Assembly: GCA_028712705.1 (NCBI GenBank)
Contig: JAQTPP010000004.1
Coordinates: 1 to 49,245, forward strand
Source of the DNA: Candidatus Daviesbacteria bacterium
GTDB taxonomy: Bacteria > Patescibacteriota > Microgenomatia > Daviesbacterales > UBA10151
Direction: 5' to 3'
DNA length: 49,245 nucleotides
Positions 24,351-33,583 of the stretch are shown piece after piece. The notes beneath the pieces are model-generated. The model was not told where the DNA came from. It was given only the letters and a program-made list of their open reading frames with translations, and ran no database searches. The translations under genes and the position numbers were made by a program. The stretch's first letter is position 1; each line of letters starts with the position of its first letter.

Positions 24351-24761
24351 TCATTTAGGAGAATCTAGGGCCAGATTGGCCAATCTATCCGCTACAGTGT
24401 TTTTGGATCTTAACACATGGACATACATGACTCCACCTAATTCTAAACTCAAAATTTTTATTTTTTCAATAATTGGTTTAAGATGTAGCGCTTTAACTTT
24501 AAATCGTCCAGATAGCTGCTCTGCCACCAATTTTGAATCAGCATAAAGTTCCACTTCCAGGCGGTGACGACCATATTTCTCTTTAACGTATTTTAAAGCC
24601 TCGAGAACTCCTGTATACTCGGCCACATTGTTTGTAGTAACACCAATATATTTACCTTCTTCATAAAGCGATTTACCGTTTCTTCCCAATACAGTAAATC
24701 CATAACTGGCAGGTCCGGGATTCCCTCGGGAAGCCCCATCCGTATAAATAACGAGTTTCAT
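24351..24761 (-). CDS. rnhA: Ribonuclease HI family protein
   Basis: LVIYTDGASRGNPGPASYGF, NNVAEY.G...AL, and ADRLAN match the RNase H DEDD-fold pattern. Confidence 0.85.
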   Translation of the reverse strand: MKLVIYTDGASRGNPGPASYGFTVLGRNGKSLYEEGKYIGVTTNNVAEYTGVLEALKYVKEKYGRHRLEVELYADSKLVAEQLSGRFKVKALHLKPIIEKIKILSLELGGVMYVHVLRSKNTVADRLANLALDSPK

Positions 24762-25969
24762 TTTAATTTAAAAAATAATACCATAATTTGCATTGCTAAA
24801 ATTGCATATTCTGAAATTACCGTTATCCAGGAAGATGCGATATATGAATATTGAGGTATATAAATAAAATTTAAAATTAAATTCAAAATCAGGCCAGACG
24901 TGCAAATGAAAAACATCTTTTTATAGTTGCCTTTGGCAATCAAAATCCACATACACAGAGAAGAAAGAAAGTACGCCGGAAAGCCAAACGACAAAATCTG
25001 TAAAGATTTAATTGACTCTGAAAAACCGCCACCTGTTAATACCCAGATTACAAATGGTGATAAAACAATCGTCAAGATAGTGCCGGCGAGAGAAAACCCC
25101 AAAAAACTCAATGCAACTAATTTAGCACCGCCTAAAGACTTGAGCATTATTGGATAATATGAATTCATAATGAAAGTCGGCAAAACAAGCGCCGTCTGAA
25201 AAATGGAATATGCAATGTTATAAATTCCTACATCTGCAACAGATTTGAAATAAGCAATCATAAATGAATCGGCCCTGAAATATAACACGTTTAAAGTTAA
25301 CGTCGCGCCGATTGGCCAGCTTTTTTTAAACAGCAATAAAGCATATTTAAAGTTAAAAATGGGCGTTAAATGATGCAAAAATTTCCTCATTATGAGAAGC
25401 GCGGACAGCGAAATAACAATCCAGCCGGCCAGGTGAACAATCAACAAAAAGGGGATCGAAAATTTATTAAAAATAAGCACAATAAAAATTACCAGGCTAA
25501 ATAATGTTCCCGAAATCGACGCCAAAACAGAAAGATCATATCTTAATTTATTTTGAAAAATTAAATTACACGTAGTAAATATTGCAAAAGCAATGATTGC
25601 AAAACTGCCAAAAGACACAGCTTGAGTAAATTGGGGAGTGCTAAACGGCCAAAACGGCAAGAGCCCGACTGCCAGAATTACCAGAATCCCGGACCAGATA
25701 ATTCTTGTTCCCAGCAATTTATTCCATTCTTTCTGTACCCTGTGCTCTATACCATGCGCGCTGGATAAAACATGGGCATTAAATCCAAAATCAGATATAA
25801 GATAAAATATCGCGAGGTACGTTAAAGCAAGTGTAAAAGTTCCTGTTCCTTCTTTTCCGTAGCTTCTCGCAACCAATCCCAGAATTATAAAAGTGGAAAG
25901 GGAAGTGGTAACCTTACCCAGCAGCTGCCAAAAAGTTTGTTTAAGAATTGTCTTAAAGATGATGTTCAC
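24758..25969 (-). CDS. Polysaccharide biosynthesis flippase (MOP/Wzx-like)
   Basis: 403-aa polytopic membrane protein with a Wzx-like N-terminus (L...T....F.IL.L.AR.....G.G.F..A). Confidence 0.65.
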   Translation of the reverse strand: MNIIFKTILKQTFWQLLGKVTTSLSTFIILGLVARSYGKEGTGTFTLALTYLAIFYLISDFGFNAHVLSSAHGIEHRVQKEWNKLLGTRIIWSGILVILAVGLLPFWPFSTPQFTQAVSFGSFAIIAFAIFTTCNLIFQNKLRYDLSVLASISGTLFSLVIFIVLIFNKFSIPFLLIVHLAGWIVISLSALLIMRKFLHHLTPIFNFKYALLLFKKSWPIGATLTLNVLYFRADSFMIAYFKSVADVGIYNIAYSIFQTALVLPTFIMNSYYPIMLKSLGGAKLVALSFLGFSLAGTILTIVLSPFVIWVLTGGGFSESIKSLQILSFGFPAYFLSSLCMWILIAKGNYKKMFFICTSGLILNLILNFIYIPQYSYIASSWITVISEYAILAMQIMVLFFKLK

Positions 25970-25973
25970 CGGA

Positions 25974-27191
25974 TTATTTTACCACGGAGAATGATAATCC
26001 CCAGACCAAAAAGAGTAACCGATAGCCTTGAGGCAAAGTTAAAAAGTAATGGTCAAACATGCCCAGGAAAAGAATTATAGCCCAAGGGTATAGGGTATAG
26101 GGTTTAGGGTTTAGTCGAAAAAGCCTTAAAAAAGGAAATCCTATTAGGCTTATTAGTCCTATCAAACCAATAATCCCTGTCTCAGACAAAGTCAGTAAAA
26201 TTATGTTATGGACCGGTTGCAGAAACCTGTTTGGACCTACAATTAAATCGGAAGCTTGCGCCGGAATAAAATTATTCAAGCCTATACCAAAGATGGGCGA
26301 TTTTGTAAACATCTGCCATGCGTTTCCCATTAATTCCTCACGCCGCAGCAGTGTCAAATTATCAAAGTTTAAAAGACTAGAAAACCTGGTAAAAAGAACG
26401 GGGGATAAAAATAGTCCAACCAAAATTAGTATAATTTTCCACTTTCTATTTAGGAGCATAAGCCCAAGCCCAAAACCTGCCAGAATAGCTGCCCGCGAAA
26501 CCGCCAGGAGGATTGTCATTCCTGCGAATGCGCCACTTCGAAGAAGCAAGTACTCTTGGGGTGCAGGAATCCAATTAACCACCCTTCGGCGGAATGACAA
26601 AATAGCAATAACAATTAACATAAACCCCGCCAAAACATTCGGGTGGGGAAAAGTGGCATAAGGCCGCAAAAACTGTCTGCCATAAAAATCAAATTTGGCA
26701 ATTGCGGGAGTGGAGATAGAAAATGTCCTTTCCCCCAAAATCCAAAGCCCCAAAGTTCCTCCTTTGACAAACTGCAAAGTAGCCAAAATTGCTTCAAATA
26801 AAACTGCCAGGATTAGCGGCCAATACAACTTGTTACTTATAACTTGTAACTTGTAACTTGCCAAATAAACCCCAAAAAAACCGGCTATCGTATATTGTTC
26901 AAGCCTAACTAAACCGGCTCCGATATTTGATGCGCCAAAAAGGGACAGCGCTTGACTAAACAAAAAGAGCAGGAATAAATTTAGGGCAATTTTGTTAATA
27001 TGGGGTTTGCGCAGCGCCCAAACTATCAAAAGTCCTATTGCTAGGATATCCCAGAAATACAGTGTTGGGGACAGATAATCAATTTTTAAGGAATAAACAT
27101 AACTAAATTCCGGCCAAAAATGTAAACCAAGTTGGGTTGGAAGAAAAAGTACAGTTAAAAAAAGTAAGATCTTTTCAAGCTTGAATAACAT
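25974..27191 (-). CDS. O-antigen ligase / Wzy-like membrane protein
   Basis: 405-aa polytopic protein. The central loop SRAAILAG...LL and the overall architecture fit the Wzy_C family. Contains two heptamer arrays. Confidence 0.65.
   Translation of the reverse strand: MLFKLEKILLFLTVLFLPTQLGLHFWPEFSYVYSLKIDYLSPTLYFWDILAIGLLIVWALRKPHINKIALNLFLLFLFSQALSLFGASNIGAGLVRLEQYTIAGFFGVYLASYKLQVISNKLYWPLILAVLFEAILATLQFVKGGTLGLWILGERTFSISTPAIAKFDFYGRQFLRPYATFPHPNVLAGFMLIVIAILSFRRRVVNWIPAPQEYLLLRSGAFAGMTILLAVSRAAILAGFGLGLMLLNRKWKIILILVGLFLSPVLFTRFSSLLNFDNLTLLRREELMGNAWQMFTKSPIFGIGLNNFIPAQASDLIVGPNRFLQPVHNIILLTLSETGIIGLIGLISLIGFPFLRLFRLNPKPYTLYPWAIILFLGMFDHYFLTLPQGYRLLFLVWGLSFSVVK
26086..26113. repeat. Heptamer array GGGTATA x2 plus GGGTTTA x2 inside the Wzy-like gene
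   Basis: Read directly. Encodes PKPYTLYP on the minus strand. Confidence 0.8.
26827..26861. repeat. Heptamer array (AACTTGT)n inside the Wzy-like gene
   Basis: AACTTGT TACTTAT AACTTGT AACTTGT AACTTGC read directly. Encodes ASYKLQVISNKL. A related TGTTACT array lies between genes at about 19869-19897. Confidence 0.8.
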
Positions 27192-27351
27192 TTAAAGATA
27201 GCGAAGGCAGTAGCTAGTAAAAATGTGGCGAAGCTAATCGCACATCTTCGATTTATGTTTACCACTTTATTTGGCGATTAGCAAGCCTCAAGCGAGCCAG
27301 AGAGAAATTGTTGAAATAGTTAGGGCGAGCATTTTTTACAGCGCTGCCGAG

Positions 27352-27819
27352 CTAGCTCTTAACAACAGGCTTTATCACAATATGCCTATCGCGGCCCTCG
27401 CCGACACTCTCCGAGGAAAGACCCTTTATTTCTGAAATTGCCATATGTACAATTCTGCGCTGCCAGGGAACCATCGGTTCAAGATCCAAAGGTTTCTTAC
27501 TTTCCAAAACCTGCTTACCCCAGCTTTCTGCGCTTACCCTCAGCTCGCTCTCTCTTTGTTTCCTCCAACCCATAACATCTGTAACAACTCTCTTAAATTC
27601 GCCGGCCGGCGAACCTTCCCCGACTTTTCTGGCAACCATCTGGTTAACCAGCAGCTGCAAAGCGTCTAAAGATTCGCCTCTTGCCCCGATAAGTCTTCCT
27701 GCGTCTTTTGTTTCAATGCTTACCAAAAAATTTTCATCCACTTCCTCTATCTCGTAACTCCCTTCCAAAAGAAGCATTCCTAATAAATTATCCAGTACTT
27801 CACCTAGTTGTTCTTCCAT
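27352..27819 (-). CDS. jag: Jag/KhpB-like KH plus R3H RNA-binding protein
   Basis: The KH-like motif IGARGESLDALQ, the R3H-type motif LEPMVPWQRRIVHMAIS, and the position downstream of yidC. Confidence 0.85.
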   Translation of the reverse strand: MEEQLGEVLDNLLGMLLLEGSYEIEEVDENFLVSIETKDAGRLIGARGESLDALQLLVNQMVARKVGEGSPAGEFKRVVTDVMGWRKQRESELRVSAESWGKQVLESKKPLDLEPMVPWQRRIVHMAISEIKGLSSESVGEGRDRHIVIKPVVKS

Positions 27820-27823
27820 AAGT

Positions 27824-28648
27824 TCATTTTCTACTCATTCCGCCCCAGCCGGAAATCTTATACTGCTGAATGATCCCTAGTATTGTATATGTATTCCAAT
27901 AAATTGCAAGCCCGACCGGGAACGAAAAAGCAAAATAGCCAATCATGATCGGCATCAGGTAAACCATCTGGGATTGTACTTGACCCATGCTTTCTTCCAG
28001 GCCTTCTTTTTCCTTTGATTCTTTCGGAGAATCCGACGGGTAGCTTTTAATCGGTTTTGGCAAAGTCATTTTAGATTGGATAAAAGTTAGACCGGCTGTC
28101 GCAACCGGTATTAAAAGCAGGAAAATTCCCTGGCTACCAAACTCTGAAGGTTTTACGCCTAAATTAAGCCCCAGAAAATTTGGGTCCAGAGCTGCTGGAA
28201 GTTTCAATTGAGGAAAGTATAAAAGAGAATTTATCTTATCAATTTGTCCGCCTGCTCCAGGTAAAATATTAATTATTGCCTGGTAAAGCGCAATGAATAC
28301 CGGGATTTGTATCAAAGCAGGCAAGCAGCCGCCGGCAGGATTAACTCCATGTTCTTTATAAAGCGCCATCTGAGCCTCTGCAAAAGCTTTTTTATCATCT
28401 TTGTGCTTTTGTTTTAGCTCGTCCAGGTGTGGCTTTAAATCAGCCATTTTTTTGGTGGCCTTGATCTGAGAGGACATAAACGGCCAAACCAATAACCTAA
28501 TTAAAATTGTCAAAATCAGTATGGAAAAACCCAATGCTCCTGGCACATGGATGGCTGAAAGACCCTGAAAAATCAAAACCAAAATATTAATGATTGGTCC
28601 AAAGAAAATTAAATTAAAAATATCACCAATATTCACCTGCACCTCCAA
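27824..28648 (-). CDS. yidC: Membrane protein insertase YidC (short form)
   Basis: KM..L.P....L..K.KDD.......M.LYKEHGVNP..GCLP.LIQ.P.F.ALY is the YidC/Oxa1 core. Confidence 0.9.
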   Translation of the reverse strand: MEVQVNIGDIFNLIFFGPIINILVLIFQGLSAIHVPGALGFSILILTILIRLLVWPFMSSQIKATKKMADLKPHLDELKQKHKDDKKAFAEAQMALYKEHGVNPAGGCLPALIQIPVFIALYQAIINILPGAGGQIDKINSLLYFPQLKLPAALDPNFLGLNLGVKPSEFGSQGIFLLLIPVATAGLTFIQSKMTLPKPIKSYPSDSPKESKEKEGLEESMGQVQSQMVYLMPIMIGYFAFSFPVGLAIYWNTYTILGIIQQYKISGWGGMSRK

Positions 28649-28833
28649 ATTCTTTTCAAACCAAACCAGCTCCCTCTAAATACCCCGGATTCTCTGATTT
28701 TTTGCTTAGTATATTCAGAACAGCCGGGATTACCCTTACAAGCTCCGCCCGGAGCAAATACAGCTAACATTCCTTTATCAAAAGAGAGAAAAACTTGATA
28801 GAAATTTATTACGTTAATTGCCAAATTCTTCAT
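28633..28833 (-). CDS. yidD: Membrane protein insertion efficiency factor YidD
   Basis: INFYQ.......C...PGCSEYT.....E.G...G...GLKRI.RC is the YidD pattern. The ATG at 28833 is preferred over the track TTG at 28881. Confidence 0.8.
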   Translation of the reverse strand: MKNLAINVINFYQVFLSFDKGMLAVFAPGGACKGNPGCSEYTKQKIRESGVFRGSWFGLKRIWRCR

Positions 28834-28877
28834 ATAATTATAGTGCTTCTGTCGCCGCGGCGACCTCGCAACGACGA

Positions 28878-29213
28878 TCAAAGTATCTTTTCTTTCTTTA
28901 ATCCTTCTTCCAAGTCCAAAGACAGATCTCCTGATTTTACCTCAATTGCCCCCGCTTTGGGAAGAGCTATTATATTTATGTTATTTGGAAGACTTGGATA
29001 TAAAGACTCTATGGCAGAAGACACCAGTCTTCTGGCTCTATTCCGCTGAGTAGCTTTTGCGAATGTTTTAGAAGAAACCGCTATTCCAATTTTAGGGGTT
29101 TGGTTGTCTCCTGGTTTCATAAAGAGTTTCGCATATTTTGTTTCCAGTTTTTTCCCGGCAGCCACCCATTTGAAATCTTTTTTTAAATTCAATCTCTGAA
29201 GTTTGGGGAGCAT
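28878..29213 (-). CDS. rnpA: Ribonuclease P protein component
   Basis: 111-aa basic protein with the RNR-box-like motif KATQRNRARR. Position between rpmH and yidD. Confidence 0.85.
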   Translation of the reverse strand: MLPKLQRLNLKKDFKWVAAGKKLETKYAKLFMKPGDNQTPKIGIAVSSKTFAKATQRNRARRLVSSAIESLYPSLPNNINIIALPKAGAIEVKSGDLSLDLEEGLKKEKIL

Positions 29214-29351
29214 TTAGATTGAGAGCTTAACTCTGCCGGCTGCTCTTCTCCGCTTTAACACTTTCCTGCCTCCACTGGTTGCAATTCTGGCCCGAAACCC
29301 GTGTTTTCTCACTCTTTTTAATTTCTTTGGTTGGTATGTGCGCTTTGGCAT
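29214..29351 (-). CDS. rpmH: 50S ribosomal protein L34
   Basis: Hand translation gives [45 protein letters not shown]. Too short for the ORF track. Confidence 0.92.
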   Translation of the reverse strand: MPKRTYQPKKLKRVRKHGFRARIATSGGRKVLKRRRAAGRVKLSI

Positions 29352-29416
29352 AAAAGAAAGTATATCATAACTTGATACACTTTTTAATAGTTTCTCTATA
29401 TTGCCAAGACTTACCT

Positions 29417-29437
29417 TGTGGATTAGATTGTGGATAA
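29417..29437. promoter_or_regulatory. DnaA boxes upstream of dnaA
   Basis: TGTGGATTA (29417-29425) and a perfect TGTGGATAA (29429-29437, the complement of TTATCCACA). Confidence 0.7.
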
Positions 29438-30797
29438 GTTTTCCACTGCCCTCAAAATTCCTATGGATAATTTAAGACTGTGGCATCGATTTTTAAGCAT
29501 CATCAAACCAAATACCAGTTCTGCGAACTTCAGGACATTTTTTTCTCAAACCTTTCTTAAATCAATTGACAACAATAAGATCACGCTAGCCACGCCATCC
29601 GCTTTTATTAAAGAAACGCTCAACCAAAGGCATTTACCTTTAATTGAAGACACCTTTGAAAAACTGCTGGACAAAAAAGTGTATATTGAATTCACTGTCA
29701 AAGAGGCTGCCATAGAGGATAAAAGTCAGACAGAGGAGGATTTTTTCAAACCAATTCAGTCTCCAACAAGCATCCTTAATCCCAAATATACCTTATCAAA
29801 CTATGTAGTTGGCCCTTCGAATAATGTAGCTTACGCCGCCGCCCAAGCCATTGTCCAAAACCCGGGCACCTCTTATAATCCTTTATTCATTTATGGAGGG
29901 ACTGGTGTGGGTAAAACCCACTTAATGTTGGGTATTGGCAATGCTATTTTGGATAAAAAAACACACGCCAAAATCATCTACTCTTCTTCCGAAAGGTTCA
30001 TGAACGACTATGTTGGAGCGATCCAAACCCACAAAATGGGGGACTTGCGGATCAAATACCGCTCGCCGGATGTATTACTGGTTGATGATATCCAATTTTT
30101 CTCAGGCAGGGAAGGAACACAGGAAGAATTTTTTCATACATTTAACGAATTAGTCGGCAAAAACTCCCAAATAGTCATCACCTCAGACAGGCCCCCTCAC
30201 GAAATTGCCAAACTTGAAGACAGGCTTAAATCTCGGTTCGCCGGAGGATTAATGATTGATATCCAGGCGCCTGACTTTGATACCAGAGTAGCAATCCTTA
30301 GATCAAAGTGTCTGGAACACGAAGTTATCCTGACAGAGGAAACCCTGAAACTCTTGGCAGCGTCTTTCGAAACCAACATCAGAGAGCTGGAAGGACAATT
30401 GGTTGGCATATTGCAACTGCTTCAAGCTCAAAATCTGCCTCTCACTAACGAAAACATTAGTAAGCACCTGCAAACTAAGATCGCCTCTAAGCAAAATATT
30501 AGAATTGAGCCTAAAAAAGTCCTGGAGGTTGTCTGTCAGTATTTCAATTTAAACCACAAAGACTTGATTGGAGTAAAAAGACAAAAGGAGCTGGTTTTAC
30601 CAAGACATCTCACCATGTTTATCTTAAGCGAGCAGTTGAATTTAACTGTAGAAAAAATAGGATTGCTGTTGGGTAAAAGAGATCACACCACTGTCATGCA
30701 CGGTAGGGATAAAATTAAAAAATTGGTGAGCCATGACAGAGAAATACAACGGATGCTGATTGAGATTAAACAAAAGCTGCAGGCTTTAAGCGCCTAA
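29430..30797 (+). CDS. dnaA: Chromosomal replication initiator DnaA
   Basis: Walker [19 protein letters not shown], a sensor/arginine region, and C-terminal DNA-binding [14 protein letters not shown]. The track GTG start sits inside a DnaA box, so the ATG at 29463 ([11 protein letters not shown]) is more plausible. Confidence 0.93.
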   Translation: MDKFSTALKIPMDNLRLWHRFLSIIKPNTSSANFRTFFSQTFLKSIDNNKITLATPSAFIKETLNQRHLPLIEDTFEKLLDKKVYIEFTVKEAAIEDKSQTEEDFFKPIQSPTSILNPKYTLSNYVVGPSNNVAYAAAQAIVQNPGTSYNPLFIYGGTGVGKTHLMLGIGNAILDKKTHAKIIYSSSERFMNDYVGAIQTHKMGDLRIKYRSPDVLLVDDIQFFSGREGTQEEFFHTFNELVGKNSQIVITSDRPPHEIAKLEDRLKSRFAGGLMIDIQAPDFDTRVAILRSKCLEHEVILTEETLKLLAASFETNIRELEGQLVGILQLLQAQNLPLTNENISKHLQTKIASKQNIRIEPKKVLEVVCQYFNLNHKDLIGVKRQKELVLPRHLTMFILSEQLNLTVEKIGLLLGKRDHTTVMHGRDKIKKLVSHDREIQRMLIEIKQKLQALSA

Positions 30798-30985
30798 TAG
30801 GACTTTCCCACAAAAAAGTTTCGTTATCCACAACTTATCCACTAATTCTAAACAACCTGCCAACACGAAAATTTACCAAAAACCAGCTTCAATTTTTTTA
30901 GTTACCAACATATCCACCAAACATATTAATACTACTAATGTTTATTAAATTATGTAGTATAATCGAACATACCTGTGGATAACTT
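30798..30985. other. oriC-like DnaA-box cluster with AT-rich stretches
   Basis: TTATCCACA (30824-30832), TTATCCACT (30835-30843), ATATCCACC (30910-30918) and TGTGGATAA (30974-30982), with AT-rich runs in between. Confidence 0.7.
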
Positions 30986-31427
30986 TAACTGGGGTTTAAT
31001 TGGCATATTAGTTCTTCTTTTAACAATAGCTTATTTAATCGGTAGGCTTCATGGCAGAAGACCAACAGACATTCCAACAGACCTGATAGATTTGTATAAA
31101 GGAGTTCAAGAATTGCCTGCACGAGTTTTACAGACCATCCAGGGATCAATTAATCCCCAAAAAGGAAAAATGGCAGAGCTTTTGGCTTATGCCGAACTGC
31201 GCTACGATTATGATCGGATTATTCCTCTTGGCTGGCCAATTGATTTTATTGGTATTAAAAATAATATGCGTATTGATTTTATTGAAGTTAAATCCGGCAC
31301 AACTCACCTCTTGACAGACGAAGAAAAACACATTAAAAACCTAATTGCTGCCGGACGGGTTAATTTCCGTTTGATTAAAGTTACAGAAGAAGAAATTCAA
31401 AAGTTCACTACTGCCAGGAAAGGATAA
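30975..31427 (+). CDS. Membrane-anchored PD-(D/E)xK (Holliday-junction-resolvase/Hjc-like) nuclease
   Basis: N-terminal TM helix WGLIGILVLLLTIAYLIG. GKMAELLAYAEL...DFIGIK...IDFIEVKSG matches the E...D...E-x-K nuclease core. The GTG start overlaps a DnaA box. Confidence 0.5.
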   Translation: MDNFNWGLIGILVLLLTIAYLIGRLHGRRPTDIPTDLIDLYKGVQELPARVLQTIQGSINPQKGKMAELLAYAELRYDYDRIIPLGWPIDFIGIKNNMRIDFIEVKSGTTHLLTDEEKHIKNLIAAGRVNFRLIKVTEEEIQKFTTARKG

Positions 31428-31428
31428 G

Positions 31429-32532
31429 ATGAAATTTTTTTGTTTACAACAAGACCTTTTGCCGTTTTTGCAGTCAGCTGCAAGATCAATAGGGATTAGA
31501 TCAACTCTTCCTGTACTGGACAATATTTTATTATCAGCCGAAGGGCAAAAGCTCAAGATCGCTGCTACCAACCTGGAGATAGGAGTGATTAAGTATCTAA
31601 ATGTTGAGGTGGAAATTCCCGGCAGTATTACAGTTCCTGCCAAAACTCTGGTTGAACTTGTTTCCGGTCTTGGTCAAAATAAAATCAGCTTAGAACTAAA
31701 AGGTGAAATTTTAACTGTAGAATCAGGCAAATTCAAAGCAATAATTAACGGTATTGCTGCGACGGAGTTTCCGGCCATTCCATTATCTTCTTCCTCAGGT
31801 ATCAGTCTGCCTAAAGAGGCATTTTTAACTTCTTCCCAGATTCTGTTTGCTTCGGCTGTTGATGAAGGCAGACCGGTTTTAACCGGAATCTTAACAGATA
31901 TCTCTGCCAACAAGCTGGATTTTGTGGCAACAGACGGTTTTAGGCTTGCCCACCGCCGGTTAGAATTGCCCAAAGGGAACGTTCAATTTAAAAGTTTAAT
32001 ACCGAGAAAAACTTTTGAAGAGGTATTGAGGTTGATGGCAGAGGAGCAAGACTTGGAAGAAGTAGGTATCGCCACCAGCGAGAACCAGAATCAGATCGTG
32101 TTTAGTTTAGGTTCCACTCAGGTCTCGTCAAGATTGATTGAAGGTCAATTTCCTGCCTGGAGCAAAATTATTCCTCAAAAAATTATTGCCAGAGCTGCGG
32201 TTACAAAAGAGGAATTCTTGAAAGCAATCAAGCTGGCAGCGATTTTTGCCAAAAATGAGGCCAATATAGTTATTTTGACCACAAAGAAAGGTTTTCTTAA
32301 ACTGGAATCTCATGCTAAAGAAGTCGGCAGTCAGGAAAATGAGATTGAGGGCGATGTGGAGGGGGACGAACTTACGATCGCCTTTAATACTAAATTCTTA
32401 ATGGACGCCATTTCAAATTCCCCTTCAACTCAAGTTTTGATGGAATTTTCAGGGCCCTTATCTGCTGCTTTGATTAAACCGATAGGGGTAGAGGGACTGG
32501 AATATATAGTAATGCCAGTAAGATTAAATTGA
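31429..32532 (+). CDS. dnaN: DNA polymerase III beta sliding clamp
   Basis: 367 aa with three-domain clamp length. LPVLDNILL, ATNLEIG, VATDGFRLA and LIEGQFP motifs. Confidence 0.92.
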   Translation: MKFFCLQQDLLPFLQSAARSIGIRSTLPVLDNILLSAEGQKLKIAATNLEIGVIKYLNVEVEIPGSITVPAKTLVELVSGLGQNKISLELKGEILTVESGKFKAIINGIAATEFPAIPLSSSSGISLPKEAFLTSSQILFASAVDEGRPVLTGILTDISANKLDFVATDGFRLAHRRLELPKGNVQFKSLIPRKTFEEVLRLMAEEQDLEEVGIATSENQNQIVFSLGSTQVSSRLIEGQFPAWSKIIPQKIIARAAVTKEEFLKAIKLAAIFAKNEANIVILTTKKGFLKLESHAKEVGSQENEIEGDVEGDELTIAFNTKFLMDAISNSPSTQVLMEFSGPLSAALIKPIGVEGLEYIVMPVRLN

Positions 32533-32565
32533 CAATTTGCGTACAATATCTAAACGCAAATTGTC
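32531..32565 (+). terminator. Perfect 12-bp stem hairpin overlapping the dnaN stop
   Basis: GACAATTTGCGT - 11-nt loop - ACGCAAATTGTC. There is no strong T-tract, so intrinsic-terminator function is tentative. Confidence 0.5.
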
Positions 32566-32651
32566 ATCCTGATCCGGCTTTGCCGGAGAAGGATCTCGGT
32601 GGGAGTATTCGTTGAGTTAGTAATTAGATTCTTCGCTTCGCTCAGAGTGAC
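32563..32651. repeat. Intergenic palindromic MITE-like element (GTCATCCTGA ... TCAGAGTGAC)
   Basis: Termini resemble those of the murB/valS/tsaD elements (GTCAT...(A/G)TGAC). Internal stems CCGGC-TTT-GCCGG and GATCC...GGATC. TGACAATT occurs at 32530 and 32648. Confidence 0.7.
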
Positions 32652-32666
32652 AATTCTAGAGCTGTT

Positions 32667-33113
32667 TTACACACCAGTGTATTTGATGGTCCTAAAATGA
32701 TAGATTTTTTCTTCTCCCCATCTGCCTATTCCATCAAATTTTGTTTCAGTGCCGATAAAAAGTGTATAAGTTGTGCCCAGAAGAAAGCTTTTAACAGGTT
32801 TGATCTTAGCTGTTTTCCGGTCACTTGAGAGTTCAACCTTATATTCCAGATTCGGTTCTAGCTTACTTTTGAATTCCCCCACGTTTTCCAAAGGCCTGTT
32901 AAAAGTAATCTCTATGGTATCTGTAGCAGCTACAATATTTTCCTCCAGCGGGTCCGGTTTAGTGGAAACAATTCTGGGAAATTCGGAGGATATTGGAGGG
33001 GGTGTTGATGGGGATTGAGTTGAGACAGGAGGAGCAGAAGACCTGCTTTTCCAGAGGAAAACTCCTGTAAAAACAACGATGATTAGAATGATTACTAATT
33101 TAAAACTTTTCAT
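32667..33113 (-). CDS. N-terminally anchored Ig-like (SbsA/Big-type) domain protein
   Basis: 148 aa. Signal anchor, then IEITFNRPL......K.EP...YKVELS.D.KTAKI.P...L..GTTYTL is an Ig-like surface-domain pattern. Paralogue of the next gene. Confidence 0.5.
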   Translation of the reverse strand: MKSFKLVIILIIVVFTGVFLWKSRSSAPPVSTQSPSTPPPISSEFPRIVSTKPDPLEENIVAATDTIEITFNRPLENVGEFKSKLEPNLEYKVELSSDRKTAKIKPVKSFLLGTTYTLFIGTETKFDGIGRWGEEKIYHFRTIKYTGV

Positions 33114-33568
33114 ATACCCATGCGTGGTTCAGTTTGAAAAGAAAATTCATAATCTTTATCCAGAAACTGGTTGTCTTGCGCCCTAATGGATTTAGGTATT
33201 GTAATAGTATAGCTGGTATTATAATCCCAGGCATTGGCGGGCTTAATAGAGAGTTCTGTTAAACTTGAGTTGAACAAAATAACAACTTCTTCTTTGGGAG
33301 AAATTTCCAAGGCTAAGCCTTCATTGTCTACAGGTCGATCAAAGGTTATTTTAACGGCTTCATTTACTTCAACAGGTTGACTGGAAATGTTGGTGGAAAC
33401 TATTTTAAATTTTGGAGGAGGGGTAAACTCTATTATCGGTTGCGGACTAACTTTGTTATTTGGATTTGGATTAGGTTTTTCGGAGAACTTTAATACTTGG
33501 ACAAGCATGACTAAAACTACCAGGCCGATTAGAGCAAAAATTAGATAAATGGTTTTAGATTGATTCAT
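33110..33568 (-). CDS. N-terminally anchored Ig-like domain protein (paralogue)
   Basis: 152 aa. Signal anchor, then VKITFDRPVDNEGLALEISPKEEV...SIKP...W.YNTSYTITI. 4-nt overlap with the downstream paralogue. Confidence 0.5.
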   Translation of the reverse strand: MNQSKTIYLIFALIGLVVLVMLVQVLKFSEKPNPNPNNKVSPQPIIEFTPPPKFKIVSTNISSQPVEVNEAVKITFDRPVDNEGLALEISPKEEVVILFNSSLTELSIKPANAWDYNTSYTITIPKSIRAQDNQFLDKDYEFSFQTEPRMGI

Positions 33569-33583
33569 GAAATCATTGTAACA

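Noticed and set aside
26100-26113. GGGTTTAGGGTTTA, identical to plant-type telomere repeats
   Set aside because: There are only two units, embedded in a bacterial membrane-protein gene and part of a broader heptamer-repeat phenomenon. No telomeric meaning.
26203-26661. 152-aa ORF on the plus strand
   Set aside because: Antisense within the polytopic Wzy-like gene. The membrane-protein frame on the minus strand is far more convincing.
27192-27351. 160-nt gap between jag and the Wzy-like gene, examined for a tRNA or small RNA
   Set aside because: It contains only short palindromes (GAGCTAGCTC, GCTAATCGC/GCGATTAGC). There is no tRNA T-arm or anticodon architecture and no recognisable ncRNA core.
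29430-29462. GTG start of dnaA (and, similarly, the GTG at 30975 and the TTG at 41565)
   Set aside because: These alternative starts fall inside regulatory motifs (DnaA boxes TGTGGATAA, a -35 TTGACA). For dnaA and the Phd antitoxin the downstream ATGs are more plausible. For the 30975 ORF the GTG is kept only because the TM helix follows immediately.
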